Source: Candidatus Sericytochromatia bacterium
Lineage (GTDB): Bacteria; Cyanobacteriota; Sericytochromatia; UBA7694; JACMQJ01
Assembly: GCA_026004035.1 (NCBI GenBank)
Contig: BPII01000001.1
Location: forward strand, 312 to 64,311
Direction: 5' to 3'
DNA length: 64,000 nucleotides
The position numbers were made by a program, and so were the translations under genes. Shown piece after piece: positions 9,708-18,726 of the stretch. Within the stretch, counting starts at the first letter, position 1. The number at the start of each line of letters is the position of its first letter. Under the pieces are notes generated by a model that was not told the DNA's origin, did not search any database, and was given only the letters and a program-made list of their open reading frames with translations.

Positions 9708-10214
9708 TCATTTATATAAATTATTGATTTTATATATAATTTCATCACAAATATTTTCTATAGTTTTATTTTTAGTAATTATTTTTATATCAGCTTTATT
9801 ATAAAACTTTTGCCTTTTATTAAATAATGTTTTTAAATTATTATTAAATAAAGGTCTTTTAATTATTTGATTAATTGATGCTCTTTCTAGAATCTCATCA
9901 ATATCTGATTTTAATAAGATAGATATACCCACTTTTTTTATAACATTAATATTTCTATAACTACAAAAAGTCCCACCTCCCAAACTTATTATGTTTTTTT
10001 TCAAATGTAAAAAATTCCTTAGTTTTAAATATTCTATATTTCTAAAATATTTTTCTCCTTTTAACTTGAAAATTTCTGATATAGAGAGTTTCTCTTCGTC
10101 TTCTATTAATTTATCTAAATCAATAAAATTCCATTTAATTTTTTCTGACAATAATTTTCCAACTGAAGATTTACCACTTAACATAAATCCAGTAATTATT
10201 AAGTTTTTTAACAT
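9708..10214 (-). CDS. aroK: Shikimate kinase
   Basis: P-loop ITGFMLSGKSSVGKLL followed by FIDLD, a later SLGGG, and a size of about 168 aa typical of AroK. Confidence 0.85.
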   Translation of the reverse strand: MLKNLIITGFMLSGKSSVGKLLSEKIKWNFIDLDKLIEDEEKLSISEIFKLKGEKYFRNIEYLKLRNFLHLKKNIISLGGGTFCSYRNINVIKKVGISILLKSDIDEILERASINQIIKRPLFNNNLKTLFNKRQKFYNKADIKIITKNKTIENICDEIIYKINNLYK

Positions 10215-10278
10215 TTAAGCAATTTTATTTTTTAATAAAAATATAACTTAATTATAATGTAAATTTAATTTTATAAAA

Positions 10279-10287
10279 TGTTATAAT
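10279..10287 (+). promoter_or_regulatory. Candidate extended -10 promoter element (TGtTATAAT)
   Basis: Sequence tgttataat lies 41 nt upstream of the ATG at 10328. An AGGAG ribosome-binding site lies just before the ATG. Confidence 0.35.
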
Positions 10288-10327
10288 TTTTTTAGTATTG
10301 TTTAGTATTTTATTTTAGGAGCTTATA

Positions 10328-11868
10328 ATGAAATTAAGTATAAAACTATTGTCTTTATTAATTACTACAACAATTTTTGTTTCTGCTTGCTCTAATGATT
10401 TAGAAATTGATCCTACGCTAAAACAGAATAACTTAATAAAAATTGATAATGAGTTTCAAACTTTTGCTTCTCAATCAGCACAAATAATGACAACTGAAAA
10501 TGATATAAATAAAGATGGCAAAATTTCTTTACAAGAAAGCGGTTTAACTGATAAAGAAATGAAAGAAATTGATTCTGATGGAGATAATAATATATCTCTA
10601 TTTGAAATAATAAAAAATTTACAAGAAGAAATTTCAAATGCTATAAAAATAGCGCAAGCCATAACTAAGGATTTTCCTGTTTCCAGTGGTTATAATGGTC
10701 CTTTACCTAATAAGCTTCCAACTTTTACTTCAAAAGCTAATAAAGTTCAATTATTTATAGATAAAGATGAAATACTTCCTATGATGTTTGATACTATAAG
10801 AAATGCTAAAAAAAGTATTCAAATAGACGTATTTTTATTAGGAGGAAATATTGGATTACAAATTGCTCAAGAATTAGTAAAAAAGAAAAATGAAGGTGTT
10901 AATATAGAACTTACTATGGATCCGAATTTAGGTTTTGGTGGACCAACTCAAAAAGAAATATATACTGTTTTAAGTTTTTTACAAAAAAAATGGGATTAAT
11001 TTCAGGCTATATCCATTACATTTAATGCCTAAAGTTCAAGATGGATTATTAAAAAATAAATTTCAAATAGATCATAATAAGCTTTATGTTATAGATGAAG
11101 AAATTTTAATAATTGGTGGTTTCAATTTATTTGATATTGGAGTAATAAATAGAGATCTGATGCTAAAAATTGAAGGACCAACAGCAAAGGATGCTTCAAC
11201 AATGATGAGATATGAATGGTCATTAGGAGACACATTTGTATATAAACCACCTAGAGATGTCTATGTTATTAAAAATGAATTTCCTAGTGCTGATGCTTTA
11301 GTAAAAATTGTAAGGACTGATCCATTTGAAAGTACAACCAAAACAGGCAATTATTAATGCAATTGATAATGCTACTGAAAGTGTTTATTTAGCTGTATTA
11401 GACTATAGTGATATGGATATTACAAGAGCTTTAATAAGAGCTTATAGAAGAGGTGTAGATGTAAGGGTTTTAATGGATAGAAAAAATACCAATGATAAAT
11501 ATGCTGGAGGGTTACCAATTCCAGACTATTTTCCAAATATATTACCAGCTGTTGAATTATTTAAAAATAGAGTTCCTGTAAAATGGTATGATCCAAGAGT
11601 TAAAGGACAAGAGTTACATCTAAAGATGGTTTTAGTAGATGGAAATAAATTAATAACAGGTTCAACAAATTTTACTAGACAAGCATTTACAACTCTTAGA
11701 GAAACATCTGTAGTTGTAGAAGGTGGAACCGCACCAGCTAAAATGAGAAAGGCATTTATGGAAGATTGGCTTAATAGCTCTACTTCGTTAAAGAAAATTA
11801 CTTTAAAAGATAAAATAAAAGCAAAAGTTGTTGATTTTTTAGATAGAAAATATTACGCTTGGTGGTAA
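10328..11868 (+). pseudogene. Lipoprotein phospholipase D (HKD family) with two EF-hand loops, split into three ORFs by two +1 frameshifts in A-runs
   Basis: Signal peptide plus lipobox (FVSAC). EF-hand loops DINKDGKISLQE and DSDGDNNISLFE. HKD motifs HNKLYVID..GGFN (ORF 2) and HLKMVLVD..GSTN (ORF 3). Removing one A from A8 (10983-10990) and one from A4 (11340-11343) restores a single frame. Confidence 0.7.
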
Positions 11869-11910
11869 TTGTTATTATTATTTAATTATATTTTTAAGGT
11901 GTAAACAGTT

Positions 11911-13014
11911 ATGTTAGAAAATAAAAATATATCTACTGTTGCAAAGATAAAAGTTGTAGGTGTCGGTGGTGGTGGTGGAAATGCTATAAATAGGATGATT
12001 AATTCAGGATTAGAAGGTGTTGAATTTATATCTATAAATACTGATGCTCAGGCACTTTCTAGTTCATTAGCTGATAAAAAATTACAAATTGGTGAAAAAT
12101 TGACAAGAGGACTAGGTGCTGGTGGTAATCCTATAGTAGGTCAAAAAGCAGCTGAAGAAAGTAAAAATGATATTGCTGCTAATTTAGAAGGTGCTGATAT
12201 GGTATTTATTACTGCTGGTATGGGAGGTGGAACAGGTACAGGAGGAGCACCTATAATTGCTGAAGTAGCAAGAGAAATAGGAGCTTTGACAGTTGGAGTA
12301 GTTACAAAACCATTTTCATTTGAAGGAACGAGAAGAAAAAAACAAGCTGAAGAAGGTATATTAAATATAAAAGAAAAAGTTGACTCTCTTATTGTAATCC
12401 CAAATGATAAACTATTTTCAATAGTAGAAAGAAACACTCCTATGCAAGAAGCTTTTAGGATAGTAGATGATATATTAAGACAAGGCGTTCAAGGAATATC
12501 TGATATAATAAACATACCTGGGGTTATAAATGTTGATTTTGCTGATGTTAAAGCTATAATGTCAAATTCAGGTTCAGCTCTAATGGGTATTGGTAGAGCA
12601 TCAGGTGAAGGTAGAGCTGTAGAAGCAGCTAGATGTGCAATACAAAGTCCTCTTTTAGAAGGTAATGTATCAGATGCAAAAGGTCTTATATTCAATATAA
12701 CAGGTGGTAATGATTTAACTTTAGTAGAAATTAATGAAGCATCTGAAATTATAAGAAATCTTGTTAATGCTGATGATAATAATATAATATTTGGTTCTGT
12801 AATAAATCCTGAATTAAATGGTGAAATAATTATTACAGTAATAGCTACTGGTTTTGATAATAGTAGAAATAATATTGTTGTTCCAAAAACTATTTTAAAA
12901 GAAGTTAAACAACAAGAAACAATTTCTATACCTGTTTTTGAACCTGTTAAACCACTGATACAAGAAGAAGAAAACTCAATACCTCCATTTTTGAGAGATT
13001 TTAAAAGATTATAA
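11911..13014 (+). CDS. ftsZ: Cell division protein FtsZ
   Basis: [38 protein letters not shown] (tubulin signature), and the C-terminal peptide IPPFLRDF. Confidence 0.97.
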   Translation: MLENKNISTVAKIKVVGVGGGGGNAINRMINSGLEGVEFISINTDAQALSSSLADKKLQIGEKLTRGLGAGGNPIVGQKAAEESKNDIAANLEGADMVFITAGMGGGTGTGGAPIIAEVAREIGALTVGVVTKPFSFEGTRRKKQAEEGILNIKEKVDSLIVIPNDKLFSIVERNTPMQEAFRIVDDILRQGVQGISDIINIPGVINVDFADVKAIMSNSGSALMGIGRASGEGRAVEAARCAIQSPLLEGNVSDAKGLIFNITGGNDLTLVEINEASEIIRNLVNADDNNIIFGSVINPELNGEIIITVIATGFDNSRNNIVVPKTILKEVKQQETISIPVFEPVKPLIQEEENSIPPFLRDFKRL

Positions 13015-13782
13015 CTTAAAATTGTCTTTTAAAAATTGAGTAAGCCTATATAACTTTGTTCTTAAATCAGGTTTATATATTCCTCTAATATTTGGATTAA
13101 TATTAAATTCTCTAAATATTTCATCTAATTCTTTTTTATACTCATAATAATTCCATTTTCTTTTTACTATTGCTGTTGATATATAAGGGTATACTATAGA
13201 AGCATAATGATTACCTATTTTTTTGCCTTTTTTATAATAAACTAATCCATTTTTATTAATATTCCATAAAATATTTGATAAACTAGATTCTTCAAATATA
13301 CTTTTTACTTTAACTTTTAAATATAATTCTTTTAATATATTTTTTCTCCAAATAGTTATTTGAAGTGAATAATAATATTTAGAGTTACCTATGTAATAGA
13401 ATTTTTCATTATATTTTTTGTAATTATTACTAATTCCACTCCAGATAAGTCTAATAAATGGTATTGAATTATCATTTTTCAAAATAGAAATACAATAATT
13501 AATTTCTTCTAAATTAACTTTATCATATAAAATACAATCTTCTTGAGAATATATAAAAAAATCTGTATTTATATTTTCAATTGCAAGTAATATTTGATTT
13601 GAATAGTAATCATTATCATCATATACTAATGTTTTAGTATCCTTATATGATAAATCTTTATCACATATTAGTAATTTATTTTTTATCTCTGGAAAGTATT
13701 TATTAATTCTTAATAAATAAATATTATGTATATCTATACAACTAGAATGTGTATATGTTAATAATGTTAAATCCTCTATCAT
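13009..13782 (-). CDS. Hypothetical protein
   Basis: ORF track. Its stop overlaps the ftsZ 3' end by 6 nt (convergent). No motif recognised. Confidence 0.45.
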   Translation of the reverse strand: MIEDLTLLTYTHSSCIDIHNIYLLRINKYFPEIKNKLLICDKDLSYKDTKTLVYDDNDYYSNQILLAIENINTDFFIYSQEDCILYDKVNLEEINYCISILKNDNSIPFIRLIWSGISNNYKKYNEKFYYIGNSKYYYSLQITIWRKNILKELYLKVKVKSIFEESSLSNILWNINKNGLVYYKKGKKIGNHYASIVYPYISTAIVKRKWNYYEYKKELDEIFREFNINPNIRGIYKPDLRTKLYRLTQFLKDNFKL

Positions 13783-14555
13783 TATTTTTCAGAATTTATA
13801 AAAAATTTTGTTGCTCCTATTATAGTAGCTGGTATTAAAAATATTTGAACTATTGGAACCCAAAAAAGAAATGATAAAGGAATACAAAAAAATATATATG
13901 ATGAAAAATTTTTTTTAAAAAATTCTACTTTTTCAATTAAAGAATATTTTTTTATTGACATTGGTAAATCTATAAAATCAATCCCTGATAAAATAATTAA
14001 AACAAATGAGAATATTATATGTCCAATTGTTGGGATAAAATTTATTGGAAAAATAAATATTATTATAAAAATTTTTAAAATAAATATTTTTATAGACTCA
14101 ATAAAACCTTTTATAATAGAAACATTTTCAAAAGTTTTATCACCTAATAGTTTTTTCTCTATTTCCATAGATATTGGCTCACTGAATGGTATAGCTACTA
14201 ATGTTGATAATGGAATAAAAGAGAAAATAACTATTACAGATGATAGCAAAGTTCCTAATAAAGAAAAGAATATTTTACTTATTATACTATAATTGTTTTC
14301 AGCTAAATATGTTCCTAAATATGAAAACACTAAATACATTAATGAAAAAAATATGATTAAAGATATTATAGCAGTAATAATTAATGGTAATATACAAAGT
14401 TTAAATATTTTTTTATCAGAAAAAATGTATTTAAATCCTTCAAATATATAAAAAATTTTGTGAAAGTTATTTTTATCTTTCGAATAATTTAAATTAATAC
14501 AATTATTACAAATATTCTGATCATTTATTAATAATCCACATAAATTACATCTCAT
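13782..14555 (-). CDS. CysZ/EI24-family membrane protein with an N-terminal zinc-ribbon-like CxxC...CxxC
   Basis: Aligns by eye to E. coli CysZ landmarks: ILPL..., VAIPFSEPISMEIE (cf. IAAPFNGLLAEQLE), FIPTIGH (cf. FIPGIGQ), LIPATIIGATKFF (cf. IMPVAVCGATAMW). N-terminus is MRCNLCG...NICNNC. Confidence 0.65.
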   Translation of the reverse strand: MRCNLCGLLINDQNICNNCINLNYSKDKNNFHKIFYIFEGFKYIFSDKKIFKLCILPLIITAIISLIIFFSLMYLVFSYLGTYLAENNYSIISKIFFSLLGTLLSSVIVIFSFIPLSTLVAIPFSEPISMEIEKKLLGDKTFENVSIIKGFIESIKIFILKIFIIIFIFPINFIPTIGHIIFSFVLIILSGIDFIDLPMSIKKYSLIEKVEFFKKNFSSYIFFCIPLSFLFWVPIVQIFLIPATIIGATKFFINSEK

Positions 14556-14650
14556 AGTTGCTCTTATACTTCACTAAATATAAAAAATTATAGAAAGTTT
14601 TTTTTTAAAATTTCTAAAATTTACTCATAAGAATTTTTTAGTTTAATAAA

Positions 14651-16453
14651 ATGGAAACATTTAGAAATATTAGTTCTAATTTTAAATCAACACTAGATAA
14701 AGCTAGTGGAGATAAAATAATAAATAAAAATGAATTAGATGAGTTGAAAAAAAAAGCAAAAAGCAAAGATGAAAAAGATTTAGTAAAATTTATTGAAACA
14801 AGAAAAGACAAATCTACTTTATCATTTGAAATAAAAAATGGGAATGCTAATTCCTCATATAATTTAAGTCTTGACATAGAAGAAAAAGAACAAAGTAGGT
14901 ATGAACCAAACACAAGAAGTTATTCATCTTTAGGACAAGGTAATATAGAAGTAGCAAGAAATGTTTCAGAACAACAAGCGGTATCAAGACCATTAGGTGA
15001 CTTAGATTCAATATCAAATGAATATAATACACCTGAGAAAATAGCTAGTTTATTGGGTAGTATTCCTTATGATACAGAAAGAGGAAAACCATTAGGAGGT
15101 GATGGCCCATTAGGTGCAAGAAGTCCAGATGAAACATTAAAAATATATTCAGGTGTTTGTAGAGATATACATCAAGTTGGTGCTTATTTACTTTCAAAAA
15201 ATGGTTATGAAGCTATTCAAATGGGATATGTAGGTGCTAGAACAAGTCATTCTTTTACTGTATATAAAGAACCTGGTGGTAAAGGTTATGGTGTAGTTGA
15301 ATATGGTAAAGTATATTCACCAGAATATGTATCTAAACTACTAGGTGGTAGGTATGCTAGTTCTCCTGAAGAAGCATTAAATGCTTTAAATCTTGGAACA
15401 GCTACAGCAATATATAAATGGACACCACCTAAAGAAGGACAGGTTGGTTATGTAGAAGGTGTATTTTATACAGATAAGCATAAAAATTATCATAAAACAT
15501 TACAATTAGAACATAAGGATAGAATAATAATAGATAGGCAACTTGGTGTTGAAATAGAAAAAACATTAGGTGATAAGTGGAGTGTAAAAGCTGGTGTAAA
15601 TTTTGATTCTCCTTCTGATCCTACAGCTGCTGGTGCTGTTCATGCTAGTGTAGGATATAGGACAGGTGATAATGACAATTATTTCTCATTATCTTTAGGT
15701 ACTCAATTTAGACCAAATGAAGGTTCTAGAATTGTAGGGACTATGGACTGGTTAACTAATCCTACATTATTAGCAGGTGCTGATATAAGGGGAAAATGGA
15801 CACCTTATAAGTTAGAATACTTACCTGGTCATTTTATGACAACATCATTAACAGGCAATTTATCAGGAGCTTTTTTGGCTCTTAATAAAGAGAAAGAAAC
15901 TGATGCGGGTGAAATAAAACTATCTGATAAATGGGGCTATGATTTAGATTATGTAAGTGGTCTTGCTGATAGTAAATTGGGTTTAAGACATGGATTTTAT
16001 GGGGATTTAGGAAAACACTTTAGTTACTCAACTGGTTTATTTGCTGAATATGATGTTAATTTAGCTGTAGCAGGTATGAGTATGGGAGCACCACATCCAT
16101 TTTTATTTTTCAATACAGGTGTAGATGGAAGAATTAACTATCATAATGAATGGTTAGATTTAGGATTAAGTGGTAAATATTTATTTACGCAAGTAAATAA
16201 CTCAAATACTTCTGGTGTTGGATTAGATGCTAGATATAAAAGAGGAAACTTTGAATTATTTGGAAGAGCTGACTATTTAAAGTCAGTTGAAGGTTCTAGA
16301 TTACAATTTACAGAAGGAGTAAGATGGAGGCCAGATAATCGTATTGCTTTAACTGCTCAATCTCAACAAGAAATTGTTATACCTGATTCAGGAAAGCATT
16401 ATGTAAATCCAGGGGGAATAAATGCTACTTTAAATGCTGAATTAAGATTTTAA
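14651..16453 (+). CDS. Transglutaminase-like cysteine protease core fused to a beta-rich, outer-membrane-barrel-like C-terminal half
   Basis: Core SGVCRDIHQVGAYLLSKNGYEAIQMGYVGARTSHSFTVYKEPGGKGYGVVEYG (Cys170...His...acidic). The C-terminal 300 aa has alternating beta-strand-like patterns and ends in ...NAELRF (terminal Phe). No signal peptide. Confidence 0.55.
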   Translation: METFRNISSNFKSTLDKASGDKIINKNELDELKKKAKSKDEKDLVKFIETRKDKSTLSFEIKNGNANSSYNLSLDIEEKEQSRYEPNTRSYSSLGQGNIEVARNVSEQQAVSRPLGDLDSISNEYNTPEKIASLLGSIPYDTERGKPLGGDGPLGARSPDETLKIYSGVCRDIHQVGAYLLSKNGYEAIQMGYVGARTSHSFTVYKEPGGKGYGVVEYGKVYSPEYVSKLLGGRYASSPEEALNALNLGTATAIYKWTPPKEGQVGYVEGVFYTDKHKNYHKTLQLEHKDRIIIDRQLGVEIEKTLGDKWSVKAGVNFDSPSDPTAAGAVHASVGYRTGDNDNYFSLSLGTQFRPNEGSRIVGTMDWLTNPTLLAGADIRGKWTPYKLEYLPGHFMTTSLTGNLSGAFLALNKEKETDAGEIKLSDKWGYDLDYVSGLADSKLGLRHGFYGDLGKHFSYSTGLFAEYDVNLAVAGMSMGAPHPFLFFNTGVDGRINYHNEWLDLGLSGKYLFTQVNNSNTSGVGLDARYKRGNFELFGRADYLKSVEGSRLQFTEGVRWRPDNRIALTAQSQQEIVIPDSGKHYVNPGGINATLNAELRF

Positions 16454-16734
16454 ATATAATTATAATTTTAACAACGAAATTCTAAAATTAACATAAAGTA
16501 ATATTGATAATATTTAGAGAGTAATTAGTTATAATATAATTTGTATTTTTATTTTGGATAGGTTAAAATAACTTCATATTTTTGTTAAAGAGATATACCA
16601 ATTTAATACTTCAATTATTAATGTTATTAATGAAAGAAACAAAAATAAAAGAAGGGATATTTATAATAGATTGTACATCTTTAAAAGTATGCGAAAATGT
16701 AAGAAAGAAAGTTGTGTTTATAGATATTTGAAAT

Positions 16735-16778
16735 CAATCTATAAAATTTTTTTAGGCAATCTATAAAATGTTTTTAGG
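16735..16778. repeat. Perfectly adjacent tandem duplication of a 22-nt unit (caatctataaaatNtttttagg)
   Basis: Units 16735-16756 and 16757-16778 match at 21 of 22 positions (counted by hand). Confidence 0.8.
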
Positions 16779-16794
16779 ATTTTCATACACAAGA

Positions 16795-17055
16795 TTATGA
16801 CAACTCTCTAAATAATAGTCCTCTTAATGTAGCTTCAAGCACTAAATTATCAACATTTATTCCAACTAATATTCTAATTTTTGAAACTTTATTTAAAAAT
16901 TCTCTAATTCTAAAATATCCTGAAGCTCTAAAAAATCCTACTAATGCATCAAAATAATAAGGTTTCTTATACTCAAAAATTCCTTTTAGCTTATTTAGTA
17001 GAGTGTTTTCACCTTTATTGGTAAAAAATTTTGTAGTCACTAATTTTTGAAACAT
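16795..17055 (-). pseudogene. 86-codon remnant: N-terminus of a PLD-like-nuclease/helicase restriction-type defence protein
   Basis: FFTNKGENTLLNKLKGIFEY...YFDALVGFFRASGYFRIREFL...IRILVGINVD matches, as I remember it, the N-terminal PLD-like module of large helicase/restriction proteins. The ORF stops after 86 aa and no continuation appears in any frame. Confidence 0.5.
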
Positions 17056-17142
17056 CTTAATTTAAGAAATTTATATTATTAAACTTGAATATTATATTAC
17101 TATATTACATAAAATCTCAAAAATCAAGCCAAATAATTAACT

Positions 17143-18549
17143 TTAATCAATATTTACTAGTTTTTTATCATTAAGTAAAATAAAGTATTCCTTCATCAGA
17201 AAATTTTTATAAAAAGAAACAATATTAATAAGTAAGTCTTCTTTTTTAAAAATATTTTTATTATTTAAATAATAATTACTTAATAATATTGGTAATCTTA
17301 TTTCTTTGTTTTTAATAATTTCATTAAATTTATTGAAAAAATCTAAAAGTTTGTCTTTATCTATTTTCAAATAATAAGCATTAATATTTTTATCTGACAA
17401 ACTTAAAAATATTTCTGTATTTATTTTTATATCATTATCATAGGAAAAAACTTCATATAATAAGTCGTTTATTATAAAAAAATTTTCTTTATCTAGAAAA
17501 AAATCAAATAATTTAAAGTTAAGTTTTTGTTCGCTAAATAAATTGTTATAAACAATTTTTTCAATATCCTTTATAGCAAAAGCATTATCTAATCCTCTAT
17601 CAAAAGCAACTTGTCTAAAATTATTACAAAACTCAAAAACAAAAGAACCTCTTTTTTGAAGTTCTAACATAGCTTTTACAAGACTCATAATAGAATGTTT
17701 AGAAATATTTCTTGAGTGTTGTTTATTAACTTTATTTATTCTTATAGCATCATAATAATCATAACCTGCTGGCAAATATTTATCTAAATCAGTATTAGTT
17801 GAATCTGTTATTATATCAGGTAATAAAGCTTCATTTAAAATTTTATTTACTACTTCAGAACCATTACCTAATAGTCCTATAATTTTTGATTGTTTTTCTT
17901 TTTTATAATAAAATGCAAAATCAAAAGCACTATTAAAATCTTCAAAAATGTAATCACAAAATCCTTGTTCTTGTCTTTTTCTTAAAATATAAGGATTTAT
18001 ATCTATGACAATAGAAACTCCACCTAAATATTTAGTTGCTTGTGATATAGCTATACCTGTATCTCCAAATCCAGAAGTTACAAGTATTTTTCCTTTTAGA
18101 GAACCTTTAAAATTTTCTAAAGTGATATCTTTCATTATATAGTAAGTTTCCAAAATTAGATTAAACTTTGAATTTTCTATTAAACTTAATTTAGATAATT
18201 CTTTATATATGTTAAATATTTTATCATTACATATATTTATTTCATTCTCAATAGAGTAATTCTTATTAATATTAATGTTTTCTAGATTTTTATCAACAAA
18301 TTTAAATTTATATTTATTTTTAGAGTTAATTAATTTACTTAAAATAATTTTTAATTCATTATATTTATCTTGTTTATTTTCATACCTTGATAGAATCAAT
18401 TTTATTAAAATATCTTTTGTTGATATGCACTTTTCTATATCTATATAAGGAAATGAAATTTCATCATTTAAAAACTTATTTATTATTTCATAATAATAAA
18501 AATTCTCTATTTTTAACAATTTAATATCCTCTAATTTAGAGTATATCAT
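17143..18549 (-). CDS. Highly divergent urocanate hydratase (HutU)-like protein, probably not a canonical urocanase
   Basis: Collinear with HutU landmarks: ILVTSGFGDTGIAISQA (cf. LTAGLGGMGGAQPLA), LLGNGSEVV...LLPDIITDSTNTD (cf. GNAAE...PDMVTDQTSAHD), YLPAGY, SLVKAMLELQKRGSFVFEFCNNFRQVAFDRGLDNAF (cf. [25 protein letters not shown]...VSNAF). Confidence 0.55.
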   Translation of the reverse strand: MIYSKLEDIKLLKIENFYYYEIINKFLNDEISFPYIDIEKCISTKDILIKLILSRYENKQDKYNELKIILSKLINSKNKYKFKFVDKNLENININKNYSIENEINICNDKIFNIYKELSKLSLIENSKFNLILETYYIMKDITLENFKGSLKGKILVTSGFGDTGIAISQATKYLGGVSIVIDINPYILRKRQEQGFCDYIFEDFNSAFDFAFYYKKEKQSKIIGLLGNGSEVVNKILNEALLPDIITDSTNTDLDKYLPAGYDYYDAIRINKVNKQHSRNISKHSIMSLVKAMLELQKRGSFVFEFCNNFRQVAFDRGLDNAFAIKDIEKIVYNNLFSEQKLNFKLFDFFLDKENFFIINDLLYEVFSYDNDIKINTEIFLSLSDKNINAYYLKIDKDKLLDFFNKFNEIIKNKEIRLPILLSNYYLNNKNIFKKEDLLINIVSFYKNFLMKEYFILLNDKKLVNID

Positions 18550-18621
18550 TAAAATTATTTTTAATAAAAAATTTTTAATTTACTTGACATGTAAATCAAA
18601 ATCAAATATAAATTAAATTAT

Positions 18622-18694
<73 letters not shown>

Positions 18695-18726
18695 TATATA
18701 TTTTTATTATATTATTGAGAATAATA

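Noticed and set aside
12141-12695. Minus-strand ORFs 12141-12437 and 12489-12695
   Set aside because: Antisense to ftsZ, and their Gly/Pro/Ala-rich translations mirror the FtsZ Gly-rich codons. Spurious.
16621-16731. 36-codon plus-strand ORF (MLLMKETKIKEGIFIIDCTSLKVCENVRKKVVFIDI) in the gene-poor gap
   Set aside because: It is too short, has no ribosome-binding site or recognisable motif, and is expected by chance in a 690-bp gap.
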